Below are positions 1 through 12,487 of a DNA stretch of 64,000 bases, piece after piece. Each line of letters opens with the position of its first letter. The first letter of the stretch is position 1. The position numbers and the translations under genes were made by a program. The notes beneath the pieces are model-generated. The model made no database searches. It saw only the letters and a program-made list of their open reading frames with translations, and was not told the DNA's origin. Source of the DNA: Eledone cirrhosa (taxonomy: Eukaryota); contig OZ024753.1 of NCBI GenBank assembly GCA_964016885.1, forward strand, positions 7,254,001 through 7,318,000. Reading direction: 5' to 3'.

Positions 1-318
1 CAGCTGGCAACAATGTGGCTTCCATCCTCGATCTTTGTTTTACATAGCCTACATTTATTGTCAGCTGCTGGCCCTCCTCTTTTGTGCAGCAGATATTTGG
101 TAGGGAGTTCTTGTTCCTGTATTGCATAGAGATATCCCTCAAGGTGTGATGTCATAAACTTGTCGGAACTCCATGCCAGGCTTTTTGAGTGGTTTATCCC
201 CTCTATGGTCTGTGTTTTACGCCTCAAGTATCCATGCACAACTTTTTCTGTAAATTGGTCAATTTTTTTATCTTGTTTGAACATTGAATAGGATCTTCCG
301 ATTTCTCTGGGTGAGATG
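1..318 (-). mobile_element. R4/Dong-like RLE non-LTR retrotransposon fragment, running off the window edge
   Basis: Manual minus-strand translation is open: ...VHGYLRRK...SLAWSSDKFMTSHLEGYLYAIQEQELPTKY...NKCRLCKTKIEDGSHIVASC. This matches the CCHC knuckle region that precedes the RLE endonuclease. The 5'-truncated end abuts (TATG)n. Confidence 0.75.
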
Positions 319-510
319 TATGTATGTATGTATGTATGTTTGTATGTATGTATGTGTATATATCTATATATATATTCGATATATGAATATATCAAGCCTC
401 GCCTTTTACGATCATTTAGCTGCACATAGATTGTGTTTCATTTGGTAGAACAGTATACTACTCATCCAACACCTATGATGTAAATTGTGTGGTCCATATA
501 TGCCCATATA

Positions 511-802
511 TGAACTCAGAGCTGTACGGGAGCCTCCCAAAAGTCAGCTCAAAAGTGACACAGAGGGGACTGAGGTTAGCTGGACATGCTCACCGACATC
601 CAGAGTTGACATTGTACTCAGTACTCCTTTGGGAGCCCCTACATGGACACACTAGAAGAGGAAGACCAAGGTTAACGTATGTTGATGCCCTAAGGACAGA
701 AACTGGTCTGTTGGAGACGCAGGACATGGCAGCGATAATGAGGGGACAGAGACCGCTGGAGAGAACTCGTCCATGGATCTCGGGAATTTTACCCGCCCTA
801 GA
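511..802 (+). mobile_element. RTE-clade LINE 3' fragment (family 1) with 15-bp TSD
   Basis: RLAGHAHRHPE...GRPRLTYVD motif. TSD ATATATGCCCATATA at 496-510 and 803-817. Confidence 0.85.
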
Positions 803-1026
803 ATATATGCCCATATAGCAACAGCAATAAGGGCCCAAACCAATAAATTAGGATCATTGACAGGAATAGAGGAAAACCATTGTAACCAAGCAGACAAATC
901 CCAGCAACACCAGCAGCAGCAACAATAGCAATCAACAAAGCCATCGATGTAAGGAAGGAACCTCCCCCCCCCCCCTATCACTTCACCACCAACTATACAC
1001 ACAACAACCACAACCCCAGATCAAAT

Positions 1027-1425
1027 AACTGTTTCTATTTTTGGCACGAGGCCAGCAATTATGCCAGTGTATTACTGGTACGTACTTTATTTTATCGACC
1101 CCGTAAGGATGAAAGGCAAAGTTAACCTCGGCAGGATTTGAACTCAGCCCGTAAAGGGACGTAACTCTATCTTGAAAAGCATGCCGTCTGACTCTAATAA
1201 TACTGCCAATCCGCCCCCCCCCCAAAAAAAAAATCAAATAACTGTTTCTATTTTTGGCACAAGGCCAGCAATTATATCAGTGCATCACTGGTACTTTATT
1301 TTATCGACCCCGTAAGGATGAAAGGCAAAGTTAACCTCGGAATGATTTTAACTCAGACTGTAAAGGAACGTAACTCTATGCTGCAAAGCATGGCGTCTGA
1401 CTCGCTACTGATACTGCCAATCCAC
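1027..1425 (-). mobile_element. Two tandem copies of tRNA-derived SINE family 1
   Basis: About 190-bp unit with A box TGGCAGTATCGG, B box GAGTTCAAATCC, body GCCTTTCATCCTTACGGGGTCGATAAAATAAAGTACCAG and (ATT)n tail. About 30 full or partial copies in the window. Confidence 0.85.
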
Positions 1426-1915
1426 TGCAAATCAAACAAAACCGACACTACGGGATCGCCACCAACACCAACTCCACTGGAGGCTAACGACACTAACGCC
1501 AGCATGAAACTGACTGACACCAGGCACGAACACAAACACCACCAACACCAACAACACCAACATCAATCAAACAACATAAACGACGACAAAAACAACAATA
1601 CCATTAGCAAAACAAAAAAGAAGCACAAGAACAACAAAAATAACAAAAGCGACAACAATAACAGCAACAACAATACAAAATGAAAGATCATCAGCGATTG
1701 AAGAATTGCTAGTCAAAGAACAAATAAGTCAATTATAGAAAGTAGCATAATTTAATATTTTATTCGGCCATTGAATTAAACAACTTTTTTCTTGTCTGAG
1801 GAATATAGAAAACACACGAGGATTTGGAAATAAGCCAACCGTAGGTCTGATATTTGAGAATAACTCATCTCTCCGTCAATGTTTCCCCGTGTCTCATACA
1901 CGGACACACACACAC

Positions 1916-2603
<688 letters not shown>

Positions 2604-3467
2604 AGAGTATTGAAGTTTGCTTGAAGCATTGTGGAACAATAAGTAAATATTTATAAGTCGTTTGGAAGCCTCGACAATGCAAATGGGTAAATCTCCGGGT
2701 AACAAGGTCCGGTGGTGGAGAGAGAGAGATGTAAGTGGGTGTACGTTGAGATGCGTGGTGTGTATAAGATGTGTGAGATGTGTAGAATGAAGGGAAGAGT
2801 AAAAGAATAAAAATAATAATAACAACACAAGAGAGAGAGAGTTACCTTGGGAGAGATTTAATAGTCCCTATATATTTCGGATTCACATCCATCAACTGGG
2901 GTTTTTTCCGGGGAGGGGGAAAAGGTTGTCTGTCGGATAACTCGGAACGCGTCTTTCGCTGTTTGTTGATTTGAATATATATATATATACACTGTAGTAA
3001 AAGTTTGGTAGAAATATCCAAGGGCAAGAGCACTCAGTCTATAGGACGAGTTTAATACGTACATTCATATATATTTTTTATTTGAGGGAGGGGGGGGGGG
3101 GGCGTTTTGTTCCTTTATTCTTTTGTATTTTTATATTTATCTCTTTTCTTATCCCTGTATTTTTGTACTTTTTTTATTATTTTGTTTTTATTAATTTCTT
3201 ATTGTTTCTGATCATGCTGAGTAATACCCTCACTCATCTCTTGCTACCCTCTCCCAACCTCTTTATCATCTATTGCACCATTTAAGTGATACATTTTTGG
3301 TGTAATTTAAACATTTTAAAGAATTTTTAAGACATTTTATGACATTATGTGCATCATGTATTCTGTCTTCTTCCATATAGCGCTGGCCTCGGGACCCCCC
3401 TGCTAGTCCTTTAACCCTGTTCTGGTGATCCAGCTCGATGGAGCATGCAACTACTGATATACTCATG

Positions 3468-3526
3468 TTTATAGGCTCTGATGATTCCTGCCATGGTGTA
3501 TGGATGAAACACTGTTAGCTAATAAA
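3468..3526 (+). ncRNA. Type I minimal hammerhead ribozyme
   Basis: TTTATAGGCT-CTGATGA-stem II-GAAA-CACTG-TT-AGCTAATAAA. Stem I is 9/10 paired. Confidence 0.6.
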
Positions 3527-3561
3527 TCAATGTATTTCTAAGCACTCTTTGGTTATTCCTA

Positions 3562-3611
<50 letters not shown>

Positions 3612-3691
3612 TGCATCTTTTTTATTGGTTTCTTGTTTTCATCATCATGACCATCATCATTATCTTCATCACTATCTATATTTTCTATCTT

Positions 3692-6600
3692 TCACTTCAT
3701 CTTATATTCAGAAACTAACAATGCTAGAGACTGGCCAAGTAGTACTTTCGTGAAGGTATCCTTTCCCCACAGCCAGTAAGTTAACATTTCTCCAATGCCT
3801 TTTACTTTTATCATGCCTCTTGCTTCCATAGTATATCCCCCTAAATCTTCAAGTATCCTGGCTGTAACCTCACTCATATGAATTCGAAGATCATAACAAT
3901 TGGATTCCATCCTGGCAGCTGTGTTCACCGTATCTCCAAACAAACAATACCTAGGCATAAGTTTGCCTACCACGCCACCTACTACAGGGCCAGAATGTAT
4001 TCCACATCGTAACTGTAAAGTAGATTTTGGCATGTGCGGTATTTCAAACGTTGTCACCATAGACATCAAATCCAAAGCCATGGTTGCAATTTCTCCAACA
4101 TGGCGGTTCTCATTCTTCCCCGGGGAGACCACTGACCACCATATTCGAATCAGTTATAGTTTCCACTTTATAAACATCGTAATCATCGAGAATTCGATCG
4201 AAGGCATTATAAGTCTCATTCAACAATTCCACAATCTGTAATGCCTTACTGTCTTTGCATATATTAGAGAAATTGGCGATATCACTGAAAAATACTGTGA
4301 CGCAATCAAAATATTCCGGATCGGTTTTGTTTCCATTTTTTATTTCGTCTGCTACTTTCGCTGGAAGCATGTGACTAAGTAGCTGTTCTGCTCTAGCTTT
4401 GCTCATTTCAAGTTCTTGTGTTCGTTCGAAAACAACTAATTCTAAACTGTTAGAATACGTTTCCAACAGGCTAATCAAATTGTCTATAAGCTCACCTTTC
4501 CTAGGATATATGTTTTTAAGTCTTGTATAAATTTTATGGAAAACAGGCCTTGCTGAAGGTTTCACGTGCCAACAGTCCTCGATCAACTTCCGAAATGATG
4601 AATGCGTCTGAGGTTGTGGTGGAAAGAGGTCGTATTTTGTTATTGGTCTTGTATAGATCATTTCTTCTCCAATATCTTTCCAAACTCGTCGGGCCATCTT
4701 CTTTCTTTCATGTCTTATTAGACCCAATATTGAAGACGCTGTTAAAAATTGTAGTTCATACACATAAGGAAGTTCTCGTGTAATGATTTCGCATGCGACT
4801 ATCGCGTATGAATAAACATCTCCTAGCGGCGTCCCTCCTTTAACTTCATCTAAACATGACACGTTTAATAACAATTCTGGAGCTGTCTAAAAAAGTTCGT
4901 TTGAAACAGGCGTTGTTTCATCCGGGATTCTGTGCTCTCCAAATCGAATGTAATGTGCCCCAAATCCGCTCAGACGTACACACCAACGGATATCTACTGA
5001 ACAATTCGAAGATTTCAATCGGCCATGTGACTTAATTTGTGAGACGTCGTGTAGGAATTCATAAACATTATTCAATACGATTCCTTTGTAACGAACTACT
5101 ACTATTTGGTGCCAATTCCGCTGTTCCAAGGCCAGAAAAACCGTGTCTACAATACTGTTTTCACTCCAGCAGACTCTGTTGAAAAAGCGATATGTATCCC
5201 TGTTTGAAAACTCATTATCTGTGTTAACTGTTGAAATAAATGGCAAATGTGCTTTCAAAAGTAATGGGTTCATGGCTCTGGTGATCTCTGCTGGCAACGT
5301 ACTGATAATTAAACGTACCGTGTCATAACGCATGGAATTAATACCGGAAGTCATATTCATTAAGCTTTTATATGCAGTAGATCTTTTACGTCGACTGATT
5401 TCACATTTAACAATATCCCCTATCTTTTTAATAGGAAGCTTTTATGCCACTGTTGACGTGATTCGTAGCTAAACGAATGAATGAGTTCACGTGAGATTCA
5501 ACATTTTTCTACGTGCCACTGCCCTCAAGTTCCCCGAAGTGCACAATTGTTAAATTTCCTCGGACACTAAACACCGGAGTTGTATAGGAAGCATTTTCAT
5601 AACCTGTAGGGTGCACTGTTATTTGTACTTTTTCTGTTATCTTGCAGATTGCTATATGTATTAAAACAAATCCCTTATTTAAATTTGGAGAGCTTTCACG
5701 AATCATACAAACTCCAGCTGGTACAGATATAAAAGATAATTTCAATTTTGAATGTCTCCCAGAAAAGATACGACGTCCATCGAGATCTACTGCTTTCAGT
5801 GAAAATACCCCTGGTATAGAGAAACCTAATAATATAGGAATAGTTTTTGTTTTGGGATCTCTCAGCATATTCCACCTCTCCTCTACATTGCGCGCGGGCA
5901 CCAATCTCGCTAGCCGTTGTTCTCTGGATCGCATTCTGGATGTGAAAGTCGTAGGTAAGATGGAAATTCGTTCAAAAACAGAGGAAGGGGTGTACATTCT
6001 ATATTTTTTGTCACTGGAAACATGTCAAATTAAAATCCATACAGCAAGTTGGACAACGTGGAATTCTAGAATAAGGATCACGTGACATAGTCATTGTTAG
6101 ATTCAACCGAAACAGGTTAACAGACTCAAGAATTCGAATATTTGTAAAAACAACTTTACCCATCTCAGCCCGTTTCCGAACCAATCGGTCCCGGGTGTGA
6201 GATGTATCAAAGCGTCATCAGTGTCCAACGTAATTTCTGATTCAGCTAAAATATTTTCTCTTTCTCTGTTGGCGTAAAATTTCTTATAAGCGTAGGGTAC
6301 TGTTAATATAACATATGCTACCGAATCAAGGCCTTCCGTTACAGGATGGTCATAAATATCACGAATTTCGGCTTCAAAATGGAAGTTACGGTTTGCTATA
6401 ACAGAACAAGGTGGCTGTTTCGTAATGGTCAAGTGATGTGCAGGAGTTGTTATACGGATGGGATAAGTATCTAGTTTTATCTTATACACCAGTATCTCAA
6501 TTCTTAATATTCGATTGTTGGGCGGTAATGTTGAATGCTGATGGTAAATCTAGTCAATGATAATTTCTTGGTCAATCACTTCAACGTTCAGTTGAATTTT

Positions 6601-6976
6601 AGAGTGCTACTGCATAATCTCTGTTTAATCGCTCTGGATAGTTAAGCCACCATGCTGATTTCTGACACAACATACCTCCATTTTCTGCCCAAGTGTCCGA
6701 TACACTTTTGTTTTTGAGTTTTTTAATATCTAATAATGTCACGCGTGCTGTTATATTCCTTGAGTTCGGCTTAGGATCTGTTCCGTTCACATATTTCAAA
6801 TATACAATTATTGGTTTGCTAATAGTTTGATTCAATAGAACAGAGTAATAGAGCTGACGTGGATCGGAAGGAATGTTTTTTGGAAGCCTATAATTTTCTT
6901 TAAATGTTAGCATGTACATACCGTAATGAGAAGGACAGATACCTAATAGGATAAAAATAAACCGCAGAGGTGTCAT
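3692..6976 (-). pseudogene. Decayed intronless paralogue of the receptor guanylyl cyclase
   Basis: ORF pieces 6599-6976, 6103-6489, 5509-5997, 4887-5360, 4110-4874 and 3692-4132 are collinear with the intact gene (WAENGGMLCQKSAWWLNYPER, HLTITKQPP, SHGRLKSSNC, MPRYCLFGDTVNTAARM). They are broken by several stops and frameshifts and by a large internal deletion at 5060/5061. Confidence 0.9.
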
Positions 6977-7027
6977 CCTTCTACACTGTTATTTTCGAAG
7001 TATTGTAAGTTTATATCGTGAATAAAA

Positions 7028-7346
7028 CCTATCCTGGAAACGACATCCCACCTTGTCTAAAATCTATGGCAAACTCCCTCGAGCCTCTGCCCTTCTAAAA
7101 TCCCGGAGAGCTCAATTTGCTGGCCACTGTCACCGTGCCAGCAATGAAATCATATCCGCTCTCTTGCTCTGGAACCCTGACTCCAGCCTGACTAGGAGTA
7201 GGAAGCTGTCATTCCCTGACGTTATCTCTAGGGATACGGGAATCAGTAGACAGGACCTGGGGGCAGCGATGGGGGACAGGGAATTCTGGGGCATGAGAGT
7301 GAGATCCATCATCTCGACAGTAGTCGACGAGTGATAATGATGATGA
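7028..7346 (+). mobile_element. RTE-clade LINE 3' fragment (family 2)
   Basis: RRAQFAGHCHRA...LLLWNP motif and (TGA)n tail. Inserted about 50 bp upstream of the pseudogene ATG. Confidence 0.8.
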
Positions 7347-7769
7347 TATCGTGAATATATTTTCATTTCGGTGTTTAGAAATGGCCTGTCTATGGTAAAT
7401 ACTCTCAAGCGAACATTTCCAAGCACTGGCTGCATCAATCTGAGCAGAAAGAACGAAAGAAATAGTCACATCTCTCATTTTATTCTTTGCGTGGATATAG
7501 ATATGTGGTTGCGTTTGTGCGTGTATGTTTCTGTATATGTCTTTGTGTGAGGTGTGTGTGTGTGTGTGTATGTTCCTGCGTGTGTGTTTTTGTCTGTGTG
7601 TTTGCGTTTGTGCGTGTGTTTGTTTGTGCATATGTGTCTTTGTGTGCGTACATATCTGTGTGTATATGTGTCTACGTTTGTGTGTGTGTGTGAGCGCGCG
7701 CGCGTTTTTTTAAATTGATGTAGCATGTCGGAATTGTTAAAATATGCGTTTCGCAAACATTAGGTCCCT

Positions 7770-8211
7770 GGTGTAATGCCACAGTGTGGCATGTTGGGTA
7801 AGAGGGATTTACCGCAGCCGTGTTTCCCCGGTGTAATTCCACAGTGTGCCATGTTGGGTAAGAGTGATTTACCACAGCCTTGTTTCCCCGGTGTAATACC
7901 ACAGTGTGCCATGTTGGGTAAGAGGGATTTACCACAGCCTTGTTTCCTGGTGTAATACCACAGTGTGCCATGTTGGGTAAGAGGGATTTACCACAGCCGT
8001 GTTTCCCCGGTGTAATTCCACAGTGTGCCATGTTGGGTAAGAGTGATTTACCACAGCCTTGTTTACCCGGTGTAATACCACAGTGTGCCATGTTGGGTAA
8101 GAGGGATTTACCACAGCCTTGTTTCCTGGTGTAATACCACAGTGTGCCATGTTGGGTAAGAGGGATTTACCACAGCCCTGGTTTCCTGGTGTAATGTCAC
8201 AATGTGCCATA
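7770..8211. repeat. 59-60 bp minisatellite, about 7.5 copies
   Basis: Unit GGTGTAATACCACAGTGTGCCATGTTGGGTAAGAGGGATTTACCACAGCCTTGTTTCCCC. Confidence 0.95.
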
Positions 8212-8214
8212 TCA

Positions 8215-9220
8215 TCCCCTTCCATCATCTACTGTCTTGCTCCGGGAAAATCTATCTAAAGCGAGGTTCTGCCAGTCTTCTCCGATATTTTCATCTTTTT
8301 CAGTGTGCTTTTAATACAATCCCTATGCTTCAACTTTGGTTTGTGCGGTGGTCATTTACCTTCGACCAGCTTATCATACAGGAACTGCCTTGGGTTACGA
8401 TCCTCATCCATTCTCAGTACATGACCACACCATCTTAATCAATGTTGAAATATGAAAGACTCTATACCGGTACATCGACTATATTCGAGGAGTCCAGTGT
8501 CACTCAAGTACATTTTCCAGTGGATGCCCTGTACACGTTGAAGACACTGTTGCTGAAAGTGTTCCAGCCTTTTGGGGTGTCTTTGGTAAGTGACCCAAGT
8601 TTCAGATGCATACAACAAAGAGGAGAAAACACAAGCATTATAAACTTTCAACTTTGCCTCATGCTTTCCAGATGCATCACTTACCTTCTTGATTCGGAAG
8701 GAGATTTCTTCATCCAGAGTATTTGTCATATTCACAGTGTTGCCAAGATGCATAAACATATGACCAGAGACACTTATGTTTGGTGTAGAGTAAGTTTTGC
8801 CTGGTGCAGATTGGTACAACATCATAGACATTTTCAGACTGATTGTTAGGCTCAATGCACCGCATGCTTTCGAAAAAGATTCATGAGATGTTGCATGTCA
8901 CTCTCAGAATGAGCGACAACATCTCAGTCGTCAGCTTACAGGAGTTCATGTATCAGCGATGAAAATATTTCGTTCTGACATCAAACCTTCTTATATTGAA
9001 CATGTTACCTGTTGTTCGATATTTAATGTAGACCCCGTGTGAGCAAGCTTCAAAAGCCATCAGGAAAACCATAGCAAAGACCAACGCAAACAGAGTCGGT
9101 GCCCAAATATCTCATTGCTTAACACCATTTTCAACCACAATAGGATCATGGGAGGTTACCACTCATTTTAACAGTTAACTTCATTCCAGCATGGAAACCT
9201 CTCATCACAGAGTACAATCT
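8215..9220 (-). mobile_element. Degenerate RTE/BovB-like LINE RT fragment
   Basis: GVKQ..APTLF, LL*ADD, LTISLK and KLKVYNACVFSSLLYASETW motifs, interrupted by stops. Confidence 0.75.
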
Positions 9221-9590
9221 GTCATCATCATCATCATTCGTCGACTACTGTCGAGATGATGGATCTCACCCTCATGCCCCAGAATTCTCTGTCCCCCATC
9301 GCTGCCCCCAGGTCCTGTCTACTGATTCCCGTATCCCTAGAGATAACGTCAGGGAATGACAGCTACCTACTCCTAGTCAGGCTGGAGTCAGGGTTCCAGA
9401 GCAAGAGAGCGGATATGATTTCATTGCTGGCACGGTGACAGTGGCCAGCAAATTGAGCTCTCCGGGATTTTAGAAGGGCAGAGGCTCGAGGGAGTTTGCC
9501 ATAGATTTTAGACAAGGTGGGATGTCGTTTCCAGGATAGGTTTTGCGCTCTCATTAAGAGGCGGGTATATGTGCCATCCAATCTCCTCTT
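9221..9590 (-). mobile_element. RTE-clade LINE 3' fragment (family 2)
   Basis: Near-identical reverse complement of 7028-7346, extended by DGTYTRLLMRAQNLSW. Confidence 0.8.
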
Positions 9591-10213
9591 GGTTCGGGTC
9601 GTCGGCTGTTAAACCGGCAACATGACCAAGCTTGCTTGGTGAGGAGGGTAATTTTGGACACCCTGCGGTATAAAAAACAACACTCATCAAAGAATGCCCT
9701 GACAAAGGTTTGGGGTCCTTCACTCCTAGTGGTTTAACCGCGCGATCAGGTATCCAGCCCGATTATTTCTATGTCCCCGCGCATATATATATATACCTAT
9801 GCATACATATATATATATACATACATGAAGATGGCTGCCCTCTCGTTATCGAGTATGGCCATTGCACGATATTACATTAATAATAATTATCAATTAATGC
9901 TATCGTGCAATGCCTTTGAGTGAAGATTTTTTTTTAGTGACGAAAGACTGTGCACTGAGCCAATTCCACTCTCTGAGCGACAGTAGCTATAACATAATTA
10001 CATACATACATATGTACGTAAATATGTACGCATTCTGTAAACATAAATGTATGCAGGCCCGACAGACATTTGAACAATTTCAGAATATTACGACAGCAGA
10101 TTAACGCATATATGTATACAGACTGTATATAAAGATAGTGTATATATATATATATATATATGTTTCTATACACACACATATATACATATACACGTATGCA
10201 TGTATGTATATAT

Positions 10214-10259
<46 letters not shown>

Positions 10260-10488
10260 ATAATAATAAATTTGAAGACAAAAATCCCAAGAGGGCTCGA
10301 TAACGATAAATATATATCAAATATATAAGAACCGTAGAGCAAATATTTATTAAAATAACAGATTAAAGTTTAAACAAAGAATCGCTGTTTTCACCCTTAA
10401 TGGAATCTTCTGAAACTAACAAAGTCAATCTGTAAACGCAGAAGGGTGAAAGCAGCGATTCTTTGCTTAAACTTTAATCTGTTATTTT

Positions 10489-10524
<36 letters not shown>

Positions 10525-10784
10525 GATCTAGTGAATTCACTTACAAAATATTAAAATGTAACCACTTGTATCAAATCAATATACACGGCTTCTCTGCTCC
10601 ACTTCGCTTTCAGAATACTGTGTCCCTGATATTTCCATTCGCCAAGATAGTCTTAAAAATATACGTACATTAAAACATAACGGCTGAATGCATTCAATCT
10701 ATACGCAAATACACACACGTGCACAGAAACACCCATACACTCACACACACTAATATATATATATATATATAAAAGGAACGATCG

Positions 10785-10987
10785 ACTTTCGTCAAATCGG
10801 ACCGAGGGAACAATGTTTCCGTTGGTCTTTCCAATTGCTAATACTATCTATCGGTCGCAACTCCAGGTCGAAAGAGCAACGTGAAATAAAGTGTCTTGCT
10901 CAAGGACATAACGCATCACCTGGTCCAGGATTGAACTCACAACTTTACGATTGCGAATCCAATTCTCTAACCACTCAGCCACACGCA
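10785..10987 (-). mobile_element. tRNA-derived CORE-type SINE (family 2)
   Basis: Minus-strand GTGGCTGAGTGGTTAG (A box), GAGTTCAATCC (B box) and CORE-like TGTCCTTGAGCAAGACACTT. Confidence 0.75.
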
Positions 10988-10988
10988 T

Positions 10989-11065
<77 letters not shown>

Positions 11066-11075
11066 TTTTTAAATA

Positions 11076-11151
11076 ACAGATAAAAGTTTAAGGAAAGAAT
11101 CGCTGCTTTCACCCTTAACGGGATCTTCTGAAACTAACAAAGTCAATCTGT
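11076..11151 (-). ncRNA. Hammerhead-like motif with CAGAAGA core (family H2); also at 10358-10433 (-) and 44402-44462 (+)
   Basis: Family consensus: ACAGATTGA-bulge-AGTTT-CAGAAGA-TCCCGTTAAGGGT-GAAA-GCAG...TTGC-TT-AAACT-TTAATCTGT. Confidence 0.5.
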
Positions 11152-11915
11152 AAACGCAGAACTGGATATTTCAAAAAACGTTGCAACCGGGGGAAGGCAG
11201 GAAGACGATACTTTGGTTCGTGGAAACGTTCGCTGTCAAAGAACGGGAAAAAACGAATAATACGTCATTAATAGGAGCAGTGAAAAACAATTACGCGCAA
11301 AGACAGAACCACGTTTATGGTATAAAAGAGGTCGTAGACTAATGTTCTCTTAGGTGGTGCATAGAGACGTTATCTGGCAATGAACGAAAAAACGAAGATA
11401 ATAAGTCATATGTGGAGCGTGGAGAACAATAGCACGCAAAGACAAAACCACGTAAATGGTATAGCAGAAGTTGTAGACTAAAATTCTAACTAGGAGACCA
11501 AATGAATCTCCGCTACAGAGTTAAGAACAAAGTAAATAAATACAATACAGAAGTAATAGAAACAAATAAATACATACGCGCAAACAGATACGTACATACA
11601 CAAGCATACGCAAAACCTTAGCATAGGTATACAAAACCACGCACATATAAATATGTGTGTGTGTGTGTGCTTGTGTACAAATAAATAAATAATTATATAA
11701 ACGTATATAAGTAAATAAATACGTATATAACAAGCTCACACACATACCTACAAATAAATACACGAGTGTTCGGAGACGTAAGTCAACTAAAACAAGAAGT
11801 ACACATATACACACACCCACCATACGTACGAACCTGCATACTCACGCAGACGCAAACCTCCCGCATACACATAGCCAAACCCTAAATACCAGAATATGTA
11901 TTTTATTATTATTAC

Positions 11916-12034
<119 letters not shown>

Positions 12035-12487
12035 GTCTGTGTATGTGTGTGTGTGTGTGTGTCTGCAGACTTACACATATATATACATAGATATGAGTGT
12101 GTACATAATATATATGTGCGTACGTATGCATAGTTACATTTATGTATAAGCTGTGTTAGGGCGAGAATTAAAATAGTAATTTTATATATACACACACATA
12201 TACTTCAATCTAACTTTTTTCTTACGTCAGAGACGCTAGCATCTAAGAAATATTACTAAATTTGAAATAAGAAGAACGTTTATCAGTAAAGGTCAAAGAT
12301 GAAATCGTTGTTGCGTTTAAGAAAGGCATTGACTGTTTACTTTTCAACATTTTTTCTTTTCTCCGATTTGATTCCATAAACGCTAAATCTGCTTTTTAGT
12401 AGTTCACGTTGTAATGGAAAAATTACAATGCTATAATCGACAAATGAGAGTTACAGTGGATTATATTAATGAAAAATCCAAGGAAAT

